The position numbers and the translations under genes are program-made. A DNA stretch of 64,000 nt from Macrostomum lignano (taxonomy: Eukaryota). Where the stretch lies: NCBI GenBank assembly GCA_002269645.1, contig NIVC01000319.1, forward strand, positions 310,001 through 374,000, read 5' to 3'. Below the pieces are notes generated by a model that saw nothing but the letters and a program-made list of their open reading frames with translations, ran no database searches and had not been told where the DNA came from. Positions 1 to 12,200 of the stretch are shown one piece after another (the stretch's first letter is position 1; every line of letters begins with the position of its first letter).

Positions 1-94
1 GACTGTGTCATCTTAAGCCTAGGCCTAATTGTCACAGTTTAGTTAGTATATTGTGATATATGCCATCAATTTACCATTTAGTCAAGTATTCTTT

Positions 95-808
95 CCATAG
101 TCCGGATCATGGCCTGTACACCAAATTAATTTGGCATACAGTCACCCCTTGCTAACCTTATTGGTATACATTGGCGTACAACCAAAAAATTGGGCCCTAC
201 CTATTGGCGTGAGTGGCGTATACGTTGTTGCTGTTGCAACTTGCAATGTAATGTACATAAACATTGGTATTTTTTAGGAATTTGCACGAAAATTTAAAAT
301 ATATTCCCATCTATTGTTTTATTGAATAATTTTAATATTCTAATAAAACTTGCTGCTAGAGGCATAATATATATTTTACTTGCTTGCAGTATAACAGGGA
401 TATATATAACATAGGTGTAACTGTATTTAAATTGCGATATGCTCCATTTTTTGTTAACTATTAACTGATTTCTGATTAATGCTAACTGATTAACTGATTA
501 TTTTCTAACTGAAACTGACTGGCATTAAGATGAAAGTTAAGACTAAAGTTGAAAGTTAAAGTTTTTGTCAAACTCTGTAAAGCTGAAAGCACAGTCAAGT
601 AGGTCTACTAGTATATAGTGTACTATTGATATCTTGGAGTTGGAAACTATTCAACTTTTCATTGAATAGTTTTGAAGTAGAAAATTTGTACCTGTAAAAG
701 TGGCGTACAGTTAGGGAAGGCAGAAAAAAATTGGCGTACATTGGCGTACAAACTGTGGATCTATCAAGTTTTAGTTTGACGTGCACCCTGCCATGATCTG
801 GACTATGG
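95..808. mobile_element. Non-autonomous DNA transposon (MITE) with 19-bp TIRs and 8-bp TSD (hAT/P/MULE-type TSD length)
   Basis: CCATAGTCCGGATCATGGC at 95-113 is the reverse complement (1 mismatch) of GCCATGATCTGGACTATGG at 790-808; TATTCTTT is duplicated at 87-94 and 809-816; TTGGCGTACA subterminal motifs occur near both ends; no ORF. Confidence 0.85.
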
Positions 809-2450
809 TATTCTTTTGGCAATAAACTAGGCCCTAAACCAATAGTAAAAGACAAAGCCAAGTCCAAATGTCTCCTAAATTAAAAAAACGTAGGAATAAT
901 ATAGTTATAGTATACTATTACTAGAGCTATCCTAGGCATAAGGCCTCTAGAGAACTTATTTTGTCATATAAAACTATATTAGGGCCCTACTACTATATTA
1001 TAGAGATAATTTCAACTTAGGCTTAAAATTTCAATGTGTAATAAAAGAGGAAAACATAATAATTATAATTATAATTTATAATGAAATTATAGGCCCTAAT
1101 TTAAAAAAATATTATAACTAGGAGCTAGGACTAGGCATAGTAGCTAGGCCCTAGCCTATGCCTAGAGGCTAGGGCGCCTATGGATATAATTTGTAAAAAT
1201 CTATGCATTCAATTAATAAGTACGGCCTACATTATTAGAGTATGTCTATGATGCTGATCAAATTATCTAGATTGTGACAATTTTCTCAGATTTAATCTAA
1301 CCTTTTTGTTAGCGTCCAGATTAGCTAATATCAGGATCAAAAACACATCATAGACACACGACACTCGCTCGCGCCACTAAAGCTAAAGGTGGCCGACTTG
1401 CGGTCGGCCGGCGGCTTGTCCGTTGTCCGGCTGCTTTGAGCTCGGACTTACTGGCGGTTTCTATTTTTTTGAAAGTTGAGTTCGCGCCACACTACGAGTA
1501 AGGTCTATAACTCAGTATATCATTTTTCGAAGATAGGCAAAAAAACAGCCACATAGCATTGCCTGATAGTAAAATATTTTTGAAAAACGTACCAAGAACT
1601 TGATAAAGACAGATTTAATAGTTAGAATCGTCACTTACACTTACTCCACACTAGGGGAAAATTTTCTTTTACAGATATCGTTCGAGAGCCTCAGCTCCTG
1701 TCAATGACTCAAGGTTGTTTTAAAACTTGAAAAAAGATATTGATTGAATGATTCCAGAAGGGAGCAATTATTTCATGCAGATATGCTTTTGCGCAGCTGA
1801 CTATAATTTCGGAATACATGTACATGTACATTCGCGGTACGCCAGAGAGGCAAAGTAAACTTCCGCCAAAATACAGGCCCGCTCCCTCCGGCCCCCATTT
1901 TGGTTGGTCTTGACCCACGATCCCTCACCGGTTTTTGGTTGGCACCACAGAAGACTCGATTAGCACACTTCCTCTTCAGGGCACTTCTGAAGTTAAGATC
2001 GAATCAATAGAGATAAACTTTTGGTCGGAAATTGGTTGTAGCGTGATCTGGCACATCACAGGGGCTGTTAATGAGCGTGCGATATATGTACATGTATACA
2101 TCAATAGGCCGTATCATGTAGCCCATAGCCTTGTCGCGACTTTCCTAGTCATTTCTTAGTTCACCTTCACTTGTCTCTGTTTACTCTGTTTTCTCTCTTC
2201 TCTGTCCAGCTCAATCTTGTTATTCTTATCTCTCTCTCTCCCTTGCTGCGTTCTGATTGGCTCTCCGTTCTCGCCTCTTTCCTCAGTCGCGCACTCCACC
2301 CCCTCTCTTTATTATCTGCAATTTAAACCCCCTAAGTTAATGTCTGGTATAAATATACTTGTTTGGGCCCTGCGCCCACTTACTGGCTTATCTTAGATTC
2401 AATTTAACTCCAAGTAACTCTCTAGTCTTTAGTTTAGTATTTTTTCTACA

Positions 2451-2463
2451 TGGCGCCCAATGT
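2451..2463 (+). other. Primer-binding site complementary to the tRNA-Lys(CUU) 3' end (second copy at 4291-4303)
   Basis: TGGCGCCCAATGT directly after the LTR CA end, compared with the known Lys(CUU)-type PBS TGGCGCCCAACGT (one G:U wobble). Confidence 0.8.
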
Positions 2464-2669
2464 AAAATAATTTAGTCATTAAGTCAATTCAGTAAGGCTG
2501 GCAAAGGCCATGCCATCGTCGTAGCCCTCCACCAGTCTCCTCGTCTCATCGTTTGTCGACTGCGCCCTCCCATCTCGTCAACTGTCGGCCGGAGCAGTCT
2601 CATCCCATCTCATCTCGTCTCGACTGTCTGCCGGTGCTCCTTCATCTACATGTAGTCGTCGCTCATTGT

Positions 2670-3660
2670 CTGCCGGGGGTGCGTCCTGCGGTGTCCTCGG
2701 TCTCTCTCGGTTTCAAATTCTCGGCCGGGGCGCCTCAGGGCTCGCCTGCCGGATCGTCTCTTCGCTCATCGCCTGCCGGATCGTCTCTTCGCTCATCGCC
2801 TGCCGGATCGTCTCTTCGCTCTTCGTCTGCCGGGGGTGCGTCCTGCGGTGTCCTCGGTCTCTCTCGGTTTCAAATTCTCGGCCGGGGCGCCTCGGGGCTC
2901 GCCTGCCGGATCGTCTCTTCGCTCTTCGTCTGCCGGGGGTGCGTCCTGCGGTGTCCTCGGTCTCTCTCGGTTTCAAATTCTCGGCCGGGGCGCCTCGGGG
3001 CTCGCCTGCCGGATCGTCTCTTCGCTCTTCGTCTGCCGGGGGTGCGTCCTGCGGTGTCCTCGGTCTCTCTCGGTTTCAAATTCTCGGCCGGGGCGCCTCG
3101 GGGCTCGCCTGCCGGATCGTCTCTTCGCTCTTCGTCTGCCGGGGGTGCGTCCTGCGGTGTCCTCGGTCTCTCTCGGTTTCAAATTCTCGGCCGGGGCGCC
3201 TCGGGGCTCGCCTGCCGGATCGTCTCTTCGCTCTTCGTCTGCCGGGGGTGCGTCCTGCGGTGTCCTCGGTCTCTCTCGGTTCAAATTCTCGGCCGGGGCG
3301 CCTCGGGGCTCGCCTGCCGGATCGTCTCTTCGCTCTTCGTCTGCCGGGGGTGCGTCCTGCGGTGTCCTCGGTCTCTCTCGGTTCAAATTCTCGGCCGGGG
3401 CGCCTCAGGGCTCGCCTGCCGGATCGTCTCTTCGCTCTTCGTCTGCCGGGGGTGCGTCCTGCGGTGTCCTCGGTCTCTCTCGGTTCAAATTCTCGGCCGG
3501 GGCGCCTCGGGGCTCGCCTGCCGGATCGTCTCTTCGCTCTTCGTCTGCCGGGGGTGCGTCCTGCGGTGTCCTCGGTCTCTCTCGGTTCAAATTCTCGGCT
3601 GGGGCGCCTCAGGGCTCGCCTGCCGGATCGTCTCTTCGCTCATCGCCTGCCGGATCGCCT
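2670..3660. repeat. GC-rich 102/103-bp tandem array inside the first internal region of the LTR element
   Basis: About 9 copies of GGGGCGCCTCGGGGCTCGCCTGCCGGATCG...GG(T)TTCAAATTCTCGGCC. The second internal region (4291-4936) has only one copy. Confidence 0.95.
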
Positions 3661-5607
3661 CGTTAATTCGTCATTCAATTTTTTCTTTCACAATGTAAAA
3701 AATTAAAATAATTTTTTAGGGGGGAGGGTAGATGCAGTCAGTTTTTTCATTGGTTATACTCGTAAAAATTTATTCATTAAAATCGCACACGTGAAATTTC
3801 TTGGTCAATTTTGCATTCACTCTAGTCTCCACAGTTTTTGTATTGAAATTCTTAGTCGTATTTGTAGCTCGTACACCATTGTTAAATTTGTTTTAAAGTT
3901 GTTTCTTGAACTCTAATTCATAATTCTATTGGTACTCGAAAATTCAAAAAATGTTCCATTTTTTGGGGGAGTGTCGCGACTTTCCTAGTCATTTCTTAGT
4001 TCACCTTCACTTGTCTCTGTTTACTCTGTTTTCTCTCTTCTCTGTCCAGCTCAATCTTGTTATTCTTATCTCTCTCTCTCCCTTGCTGCGTTCTGATTGG
4101 CTCTCCGTTCTCGCCTCTTTCCTCAGTCGCGCACTCCACCCCCTCTCTTTATTATCTGCAATTTAAACCCCCTAAGTTAATGTCTGGTATAAATATACTT
4201 GTTTGGGCCCTGCGCCCACTTACTGGCTTATCTTAGATTCAATTTAACTCCAAGTAACTCTCTAGTCTTTAGTTTAGTATTTTTTCTACATGGCGCCCAA
4301 TGTAAAATAATTTAGTCATTAAGTCAATTCAGTAAGGCTGGCAAAGGCCATGCCATCGTCGTAGCCCTCCACCAGTCTCCTCGTCTCATCGTTTGTCGAC
4401 TGCGCCCTCCCATCTCGTCAACTGTCGGCCGGAGCAGTCTCATCCCATCTCATCTCGTCTCGACTGTCTGCCGGTGCTCCTTCATCTACATGTAGTCGTC
4501 GCTCATTGTCTGCCGGGGGTGCGTCCTGCGGTGTCCTCGGTCTCTCTCGGTTCAAATTCTCGGCCGGGGCGCCTCAGGGCTCGCCTGCCGGATCGTCTCT
4601 TCGCTCATCGCCTGCCGGATCGCCTCGTTAATTCGTCATTCAATTTTTTCTTTCACAATGTAAAAAATTAAAATAATTTTTTAGGGGGGAGGGTAGATGC
4701 AGTCAGTTTTTTCATTGGTTATACTCGTAAAAATTTATTCATTAAAATCGCACACGTGAAATTTCTTGGTCAATTTTGCATTCACTCTAGTCTCCACAGT
4801 TTTTGTATTGAAATTCTTAGTCGTATTTGTAGCTCGTACACCATTGTTAAATTTGTTTTAAAGTTGTTTCTTGAACTCTAATTCATAATTCTATTGGTAC
4901 TCGAAAATTCAAAAAATGTTCCATTTTTTGGGGGAGTGTCGCGACTTTCCTAGTCATTTCTTAGTTCACCTTCACTTGTCTCTGTTTACTCTGTTTTCTC
5001 TCTTCTCTGTCCAGCTCAATCTTGTTATTCTTATCTCTCTCTCTCCCTTGCTGCGTTCTGATTGGCTCTCCGTTCTCGCCTCTTTCCTCAGTCGCGCACT
5101 CCACCCCCTCTCTTTATTATCTGCAATTTAAACCCCCTAAGTTAATGTCTGGTATAAATATACTTGTTTGGGCCCTGCGCCCACTTACTGGCTTATCTTA
5201 GATTCAATTTAACTCCAAGTAACTCTCTAGTCTTTAGTTTAGTATTTTTTCTACAAGCCTTAACTAACCGCGGCCTCTCATATGAGTCCACGACCACGGC
5301 ATGCAGTCGTCCATCACCCAATAATCTGCAGAGAAGCCATGGATACTGGTAAAAAGGCAAAACGAGATAAGTAAAAGGATCGGAACCTAAAGGCACAGTC
5401 CTTGCATGTAATAATATACAGGTGCATCATTACTGCAATCCCAAATGCGTATCCAAGCACAAGATCTTCTCCTGTTTGCAGTCTTCTTTGTAGCTCATAT
5501 AGTTTTTAGCCAATAGATACAAAAAAGCAAACAGCAGAAAAGACAGCCACCCCGCCATGTACGCACTGATGAGAATTCGACTGATACAAATAGGTTAATA
5601 ACGGCAA

Positions 5608-5613
5608 TTTATT
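5608..5613 (-). promoter_or_regulatory. Candidate polyadenylation signal of the SMARCC gene
   Basis: TTTATT on + (AATAAA on -) about 600 nt downstream of the stop at 6207. Confidence 0.35.
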
Positions 5614-6206
5614 AATAACATTTATAACAGTAATAATGCATAAATTACTAAAATTAGACATCGGGATGACGGACAGCGAATGATTAAGCTGCTTTACATT
5701 TTAAAAAATCAGTGCATGCAACATTCAGTAGTTGAACTTACTGCATTGTAACTAGATTGCATAATAATAATAATAATATAACAAATACTAATAGAGCATT
5801 GGTAGCAGCGGCTGAACTTTACAACGGATACCAGGGGGGGGGGGGTCAGTAAGACTCGGAACCGGATTGCACTGCTGGGGATTCTATCGCCACGCCCAGA
5901 TATACTAAACAAGCACGGCAGACAAGCGCCACAGATACAGACACAGAAGCAAACGATAAACAGTTGAATAAACAGCATTGAGAAACTATTAAATTTTTAT
6001 AATATCAAACAATGAAAACGGCGATGCTGGTGGTGCAGGCAGAACGCGCTGGGTGCAACAAGGCCAGCCAGTGCCGGCAATACGATATGTACATTTGCAC
6101 GGAGACAACTCAGCACTGGGAATAATACGGCTAACAGATTATTCGGTTCAGAGTTTTGTTATCGAAATTCAAATTAAAGTTTCACAAGCCGAAAACGGGA
6201 AAGCCG

Positions 6207-9200
6207 CTACTGCGGCCCGGCCTGGTCCGTCTCCATTGGCTGCGGCCCCTCCGCCTGGGCAGCGGCAGGCGGCTGCTCTGGCGCCCTGTCCGGCACCGGG
6301 GGCATCTCCGAGTCCGAGGGCGCGGCGCCGCGCGCCTCTGAGGCCAACGAAGGCGGCGGAGGCGCCGCCGGCGACGTCACAGAATCGCCGGAGGGGGTCA
6401 CCGAAGCGGCGGCCGGCGCAGACGCTGGGGCCTCGTCGAGGGCTGCGGACAGAGTCGGAGGAGCGGCGGCGGTTGACTCAGCGCCCTGAGGAGCTTCAAC
6501 AGCCGGACCGGCCGCAGCTCCGGCAGCCGAGGCGACACTCGAAGCCTGCGGGGCGGCCGGCAGTTGCGGCTGGGCGGACAGCGAAGGAGGCTGCGGAGTT
6601 GCCGGCTGCTGCGACGTCGGGGGCGGCGGCGGTGGCGGCGGAGGCATGGCGGAATCGGAAGTTGGAACAGTCGATGCCTGAGCAGTCTGCTCAGCCAATT
6701 GCTGCTGCTGCTGCTGCTGGCGGACTTCTTGAGCGGCCAGCTGGCGAGCGCGCTGCTCGGCCACGCGGTTCATCTCTTGGTAGAAGGCCTGGCGCTCCTG
6801 CAGCAGCTGCTGTCGCTGGGCTTCCAGCACTTCCCGCTCTCTGTCCATCAGCGCCTCCAGCTCCTGGAAGTGGCGCAGTTTGGTTTCAATCTTCTTCATC
6901 TGGGTCTCCACCAGCGAGGCCACCAGGCTCTTGATCTTCTTCTCCTCCACCTGGGCCAGGTGCTTGGCTTTGACAGCAGCGGCGGCCAGAACGGACGCGG
7001 CAGCGGCGCTCATCGTCTCCTTGGGATCGGCCGGGGCTGCGGCGGCGGCAGCGGGCGGCTGGCCGCTGGTCTCATTGGCCGCGTCAGCCGGCTCCTTATC
7101 GCCGGCTTCGGTTGAGGCAACCTCAGCAGCAGCTGCGGAAGCAGCCGGAGGACTCTTGGGCTTGGCGGCTTCACCTGCAGCGGGATCAGTCGTCACCGGC
7201 TCGTCGCCATTCGTTTTCGCGGCGGCGGCGGCGACAGACTCAGAGGAAGCAGCGGCGGCCGGGGCACCGCCGGAGTCGTCGCCTTCCTTCTTGACAGAGG
7301 CGGCGTCGCCGGCGGACTCGGCGGATGCGACAGCAGCTGGTGGCGCAGCGTCAGCCGTGGCAGCCAGAGCAGCGGAAGCGGCGTCCTCGGAGGCAGCAGA
7401 CTTGTCAGCAGCAGCAGCAGGCGGAGCTCCGTTGCCCAGCGAGCTGGTGGCGGCCGCGGAGGCCTCCTTGTTGGCGCCGACGCTCTGCTGGTGAGCCTTG
7501 AGCACGCAGTTGGGAATCTCGTCCCTCATCTTGGCGTACTCGTCCAGAGCAGCCTTGGTGGCGGCGCTGGCAATCCTGGATCAACAGTGGCAGCCAGGAA
7601 GGCCACGGTGCACATGATGGGGTTGCCGGCCTTGCTGAAGGGAATCGGCTGGTGGATCAGCGGGCCCAGCGCCTCCTCGGCGCCCTCTAAAAACGGATCC
7701 TCGATCGGCAGCTTCAGGAAGTGCAGCACGCACTCCTCCTGGGTGCGGGACCCCACGTGCTCGGCCACTCGGTTCCAGTCGTCTTTGAATAGCTCAAGGC
7801 CCTCCAGCAGGCTCAGCGTCTCCTGGTCCGTCCAGTCCGACTTGCGGCTGGCCGGCGGCTTGTCCGGCTGCTTCGAGCTCGCCTCGGACTTTTGTCCGGC
7901 GGCGGACTGCGCTGCCGACTGAGCCGACGGCGCCTGTTGCTGCTGCTGTTGCGACTGAATCGCCGCCGTGCCGCCGGGCACTCCGGTGCCGCTGCCCTGC
8001 TGGGAGTCGCCGCTGGCAGCTGCCCCAGACACCGCGGGACTGTCCGCAGCGGAAGCCGCAGATGAGACCCCATGACCGTTGGAGGTCACAGTCGCTGTTG
8101 TGGTTGTCGTAGAGGCTGCGGTTGAGGCGGGCACCGCGGCGGTGGCGGCGGCGGCTGATACTGAAGCTTCGCTGGTGACGACAGCGGTTCCGCCGTTGCC
8201 GCCGCCAACATTGAGGAAGGGCGGAGCGGGCTTGAATGGCGGGTTGACGGGCGCCAGTCCGGCCGGGGTGTCCGCCAGCACGTGGAAATGCGAGGTTGAC
8301 GGCGGCCCCAGAGCGGCGAGCTTGGCTTCGTTGTCAACCTGGGAAATCGGCGAGCTTCTACTTGACAAGTGCGGATGGGGTCGGACAAAGACTTTAACTC
8401 TACTGTTGGGTCGGACAAAGACCTAAACTCTACTGTGGGGCCGGACAAAGACCTAAACTCTACTGTGGGGCCGGACAAAGACTCAAACTCTACTGTGGGG
8501 TCGGACAAAGAGTCAAACTCTACTGTGGGGTCTAACAAAGGCTCAAACGCAAGCCCAGACTCAAGTTCAGCCTCACCTGGTAGTTGATGAGGCCCCACTG
8601 TTCCAGGAAAGCGTGCACCCTGAGGATGCCGCACACGTCGCCATGCAAATTCCGCCTGCAGGCAGTGAAGGTGAGGTACTCCTGCGGGTTGAGCCTGTAG
8701 GTGTCAATCATGAAGTTGCGATAGGCCAGGTAGGCCTCAGGAGTTTTGCTCTGTTTGCCCTTGGTGAAGAACTCGGGCAGGCCGCGCTCCTCCAGCGCGT
8801 GGATGGAGTTGTAGTCGAACCAGGTGGCGTAGGAGGGCACGATGATGACGTGCGCCTGCTCAGTCACCGTCACGTCACCGCCAGCGGCAGTCTGAAAATT
8901 TTAGAAAAAATGCAATACAATTGTGATACATTGCTTTTTGCAGTTGATTATCCACAGCACAATTTCTCTATACATTAGCAAAACACACTATTTACTGTCT
9001 AAACAGTAGTAGAAATGCTAAAATGGCTAGGGTTTAGGTTAGGGCTGGGGTTTAGGTTAGGGTGAAGTTTAGGTTAGGGCTGGGGTTTAGGTTAGGGTGA
9101 AGTTTAGGTTAGGGCTGGGGTTTAGGTTAGGGTGAAGTTTAGGTTAGGGCTGGGGTTTAGGTTAGAGCTGGGGTTTAGGTTAGGGCTGGAGTTTAGGTTA

Positions 9201-12200
9201 GGGCTGGGGTTTAGCTTACGACCGGGGTTTATTTCTGAGATTGTGTCGGCAGTTGTTTGTTGCAGACCGAGTGTCCTCAGAAATTTGAAATTTCGAGCTT
9301 GTGAAAGAGGCCCAATAAATGCTTCATGTTGCCTCTCCCAGGTAAGCAACAGATCGGAAATTAATCTCACAGGCTGTCTGCACTACTACCAGTAGTGTGA
9401 CCTCACCTGCCCGTGCTCATCCTCTCCGTCTTCGACTTTGCCGCCACCGCCGCCCTCCGTGCCGCCGACCGTAGCGGCTGTGGCGTCCGCGTCCTCCTCG
9501 GCGCCGCCGCCAGCGCGGCCGGACCCGCCGCCGGGCGCTTCCGCGTCCATGGGCTCGCCGGAGGGCTGGCTGCCTGTCGCAGAAGCAGCAGCGGAGGCGC
9601 CCGTCTCCCGGCGCGCCTTCTTGCCGCCAGCGCCGCCGCCGGAAGCTGCCGCCGCCGCCGAGACGTTGGCAGCCGACGACTTCCGGCCGGAACCGGCGGT
9701 TCCGCCAACGCCGGAACGGGAATTCGACGAAGGCGTCGATGCGGCCACCGCCTGGGCGCCGGTCGACGAGGCTGGCGGCGAAGGCGATCGCTTTCGCTTC
9801 TGAATTTTCTTCTCCCGCTTGAGCTCCACGAACTCGGAAACCGAGTAGTAGCGGGGCGGCGCCGCTGGCTTGCGGCCGGTGCGCCGGGCGAACTCCTGGT
9901 ACTCCACCAGGAAGTCCTCCTCCGGCGGGAACTCGCACTGCTCGTCCAGCGTCAACAGGTAAGCGGCGTCCAGCTCCCAGGGACCGTCCGGGACGCAGCG
10001 GGTCACCTGGCGAAGGAGTGGGATTGATTAGGGAATCTAGTGTCTCAGGCAGAGGGAATCTAGTGTCTCAGGCAGAGGGAATCTAGTGTCTTAGGCAGAG
10101 GGAATCTAGTGTCTCAGGCAGAGGGAATCTAGTGTCTCAGACGGAGGAAATCTAGTGTCTTAGGCAGAGTGAATCTAGTGTCTCAGGCAGAGGGATCTAG
10201 TGTCTCAGGCAGAGGGAATCTAGTGTCTCAGGCAGAGGGAATCTAGTGTCTCAGGCAGAGGGAATCTAGTGTCTTAGGCAGAGGGAATCTAGTGTCTCAG
10301 GCAGAGGGAATCTAGTGTCTCAGGCAGAGGGATCTAGTGTCTCAGGCAGAGGGAATCTAGTGTCTCAGGCAGAGGGAATCTAGTGTCTTAGGCAGAGGGA
10401 ATCTAGTGTCTCAGGCAGAGGGAATCTAGTGTCTCAGGCGGAGGAAATCTAGTGTCTTAGGCAGAGTGAATCTAGTGTCTCAGGCAGAGGGATCTAGTGT
10501 CTCAGGCAGAGGGAATCTAGTGTCTCAGGCAGAGGGAATCTAGTGTCTCAGGCAGAGGGAATCTAGTGTCTCAGGCAGAGGGAATCTAGTGTCTCAGGCA
10601 GAGGGAATCTAGTGTCTCAGGCAGAGGGATCTAGTGTCTCAGGCAGAGGGAATCTAGTGTCTCAGGCAGAGGGAATCTAGTGTCTTAGGCAGAGGGAATC
10701 TAGTGTCTTAGGCAGAGGGAATCTAGTGTCTTAGGCAGAGGGAATCTAGTGTCTCAGACAGAGGGAATCTAGTGTCTCAGGCAGAGGGAATCTAGTTTCT
10801 CAGGCAGAGGGAATCTAGTGTCTCAGGCAGAGGGAATCTCAGTGTCTCAGGCAGAGGGATCTTAGTGTCTGAGGCAGAGGGAATCTAGTGTCTCAGGCAG
10901 AGGAACTCTAGTGTCTCAGGCAGAGGGAATCTCAGTGTCTCAGGCAGAGGGAATCTCAGTGTCTCAGGTAGAGAGAATCTCATACACTGGATGGAGAGAA
11001 AATCTCATATTGTTCAGAATGGAGAGGGAATCTCATATGCGGGATGAAGAGGGAATCTCGTATTCTGGGTGGAGAGGGAATATCATATTCTGGGTGGAGA
11101 GGGAATCTCATATTCTGGGTGGAGAGGGAATCTCATATTCGGAATGGAGAGGGAATCTCATATTCGGAATGGAGAGGGAATCTCATATTCTGGGTGGAGA
11201 GGGAATCTCATATTCTGGGTGGAGAGGGAATCTCATATTCTGGGTGGAGAGGGAATCTCTTATTCTGGGTGGAGAGGGAATCTCATATTTGGAATGGAGA
11301 GGGAATCTCTTATTCTGGGTGGAGAGGGAATCTCATAGTCGGAACGGAGAGGAAATCTCATTCAGAAATGGAGAAGGAATCTCAAGTCCTTGCATAAAGA
11401 ACGAATCGCAGATAGAGAGGAAATCTCATATGAGATGAAAGAAATCTCATATGAGATGGGCGAATCTCTTTACCCAGAATCCGCCTGAGCTGGGATTTAT
11501 CCCATGCTGATTACCTCAACCTCCAGCTCAGCGGGGCTAGTGTAAAACACATCATAGCTGGACACGGTGCCCTTCCAATGCACCACCGAGTGCTTGCCCT
11601 CCTTGAAGGCCGGGGTGACCTTGTCCTCAAGCAGCTGCTGGGCGGCGGCGGCCGGGGCAGCGCTGGCCGGGCCGTACACCAGGTGTGTGCAGGCGTCCTC
11701 GGTGTCAGCCAGCTCGAGGCCGTGTCGCTGGCAAATGTCCAGCAGGCGAGTCCGGATGTCCTCGGGCACGTCCGATTTGATGTGCACCCGCGGCAGCGAC
11801 CACAGCTTGGAGTCCAGCAGCTCCTTGCGCATCAGCGCCAGCATTTCCAGATTCTTCTCCAGCCAGGAGGCCTTGTGAAAGTCCAGCCTGCGCCAGCCCT
11901 GCTCGCCTTTGAAGCGGAACACAGTCAGGAACATCTGGCAGAGCGCGCCGCCCGGCTGGAAGTCCAGGAACAGCCGGCCGGGCAGGCGGGTCGGATACGG
12001 CGGCGACTTTGCCTGGCGGCGGACCTGCTCCTCCTGGAAGCAGAGCAGCTGGTAGCAGATGGAGGCCAGGCTCTTGTTGGTTGGCGGCTCCGTCTGCATG
12101 AGTTTCTTGTGATTGCGGGTGAGCCAGGTGCGGACCGTATCGAACTCGGCGATCACCTCCGGGTGCTCGAAGAACCGCTGACTGGGCGCGGTGTCCTTCT

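Larger units (their letters stand above)
2132..5255 (+). mobile_element. Non-autonomous LTR retroelement (TRIM-like) as a tandem with three LTRs
   Basis: Three near-identical 319-bp TG...CA repeats (2132-2450, 3972-4290, 4937-5255). LTR1 and LTR2 are followed by PBS TGGCGCCCAATGT; LTR2 and LTR3 are preceded by GGGGGAG (PPT). AGCCT is duplicated at 2127-2131 and 5256-5260. No gag/pol. Confidence 0.93.

Noticed and set aside
2553-3706. Long + strand ORFs of 276-381 aa
   Set aside because: They are translations of the 102/103-bp GC-rich tandem array and have no domain content.
6053-8634. Several overlapping ORFs on + and in alternate minus frames
   Set aside because: Antisense or out-of-frame shadows of the GC-rich SMARCC exons.
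10030-11460. CRISPR-like regular repeats (also 21023-21410, 25890-26640, 48478-51375)
   Set aside because: No unique spacers, no cas genes, and a eukaryotic intron/satellite context; they are minisatellites.
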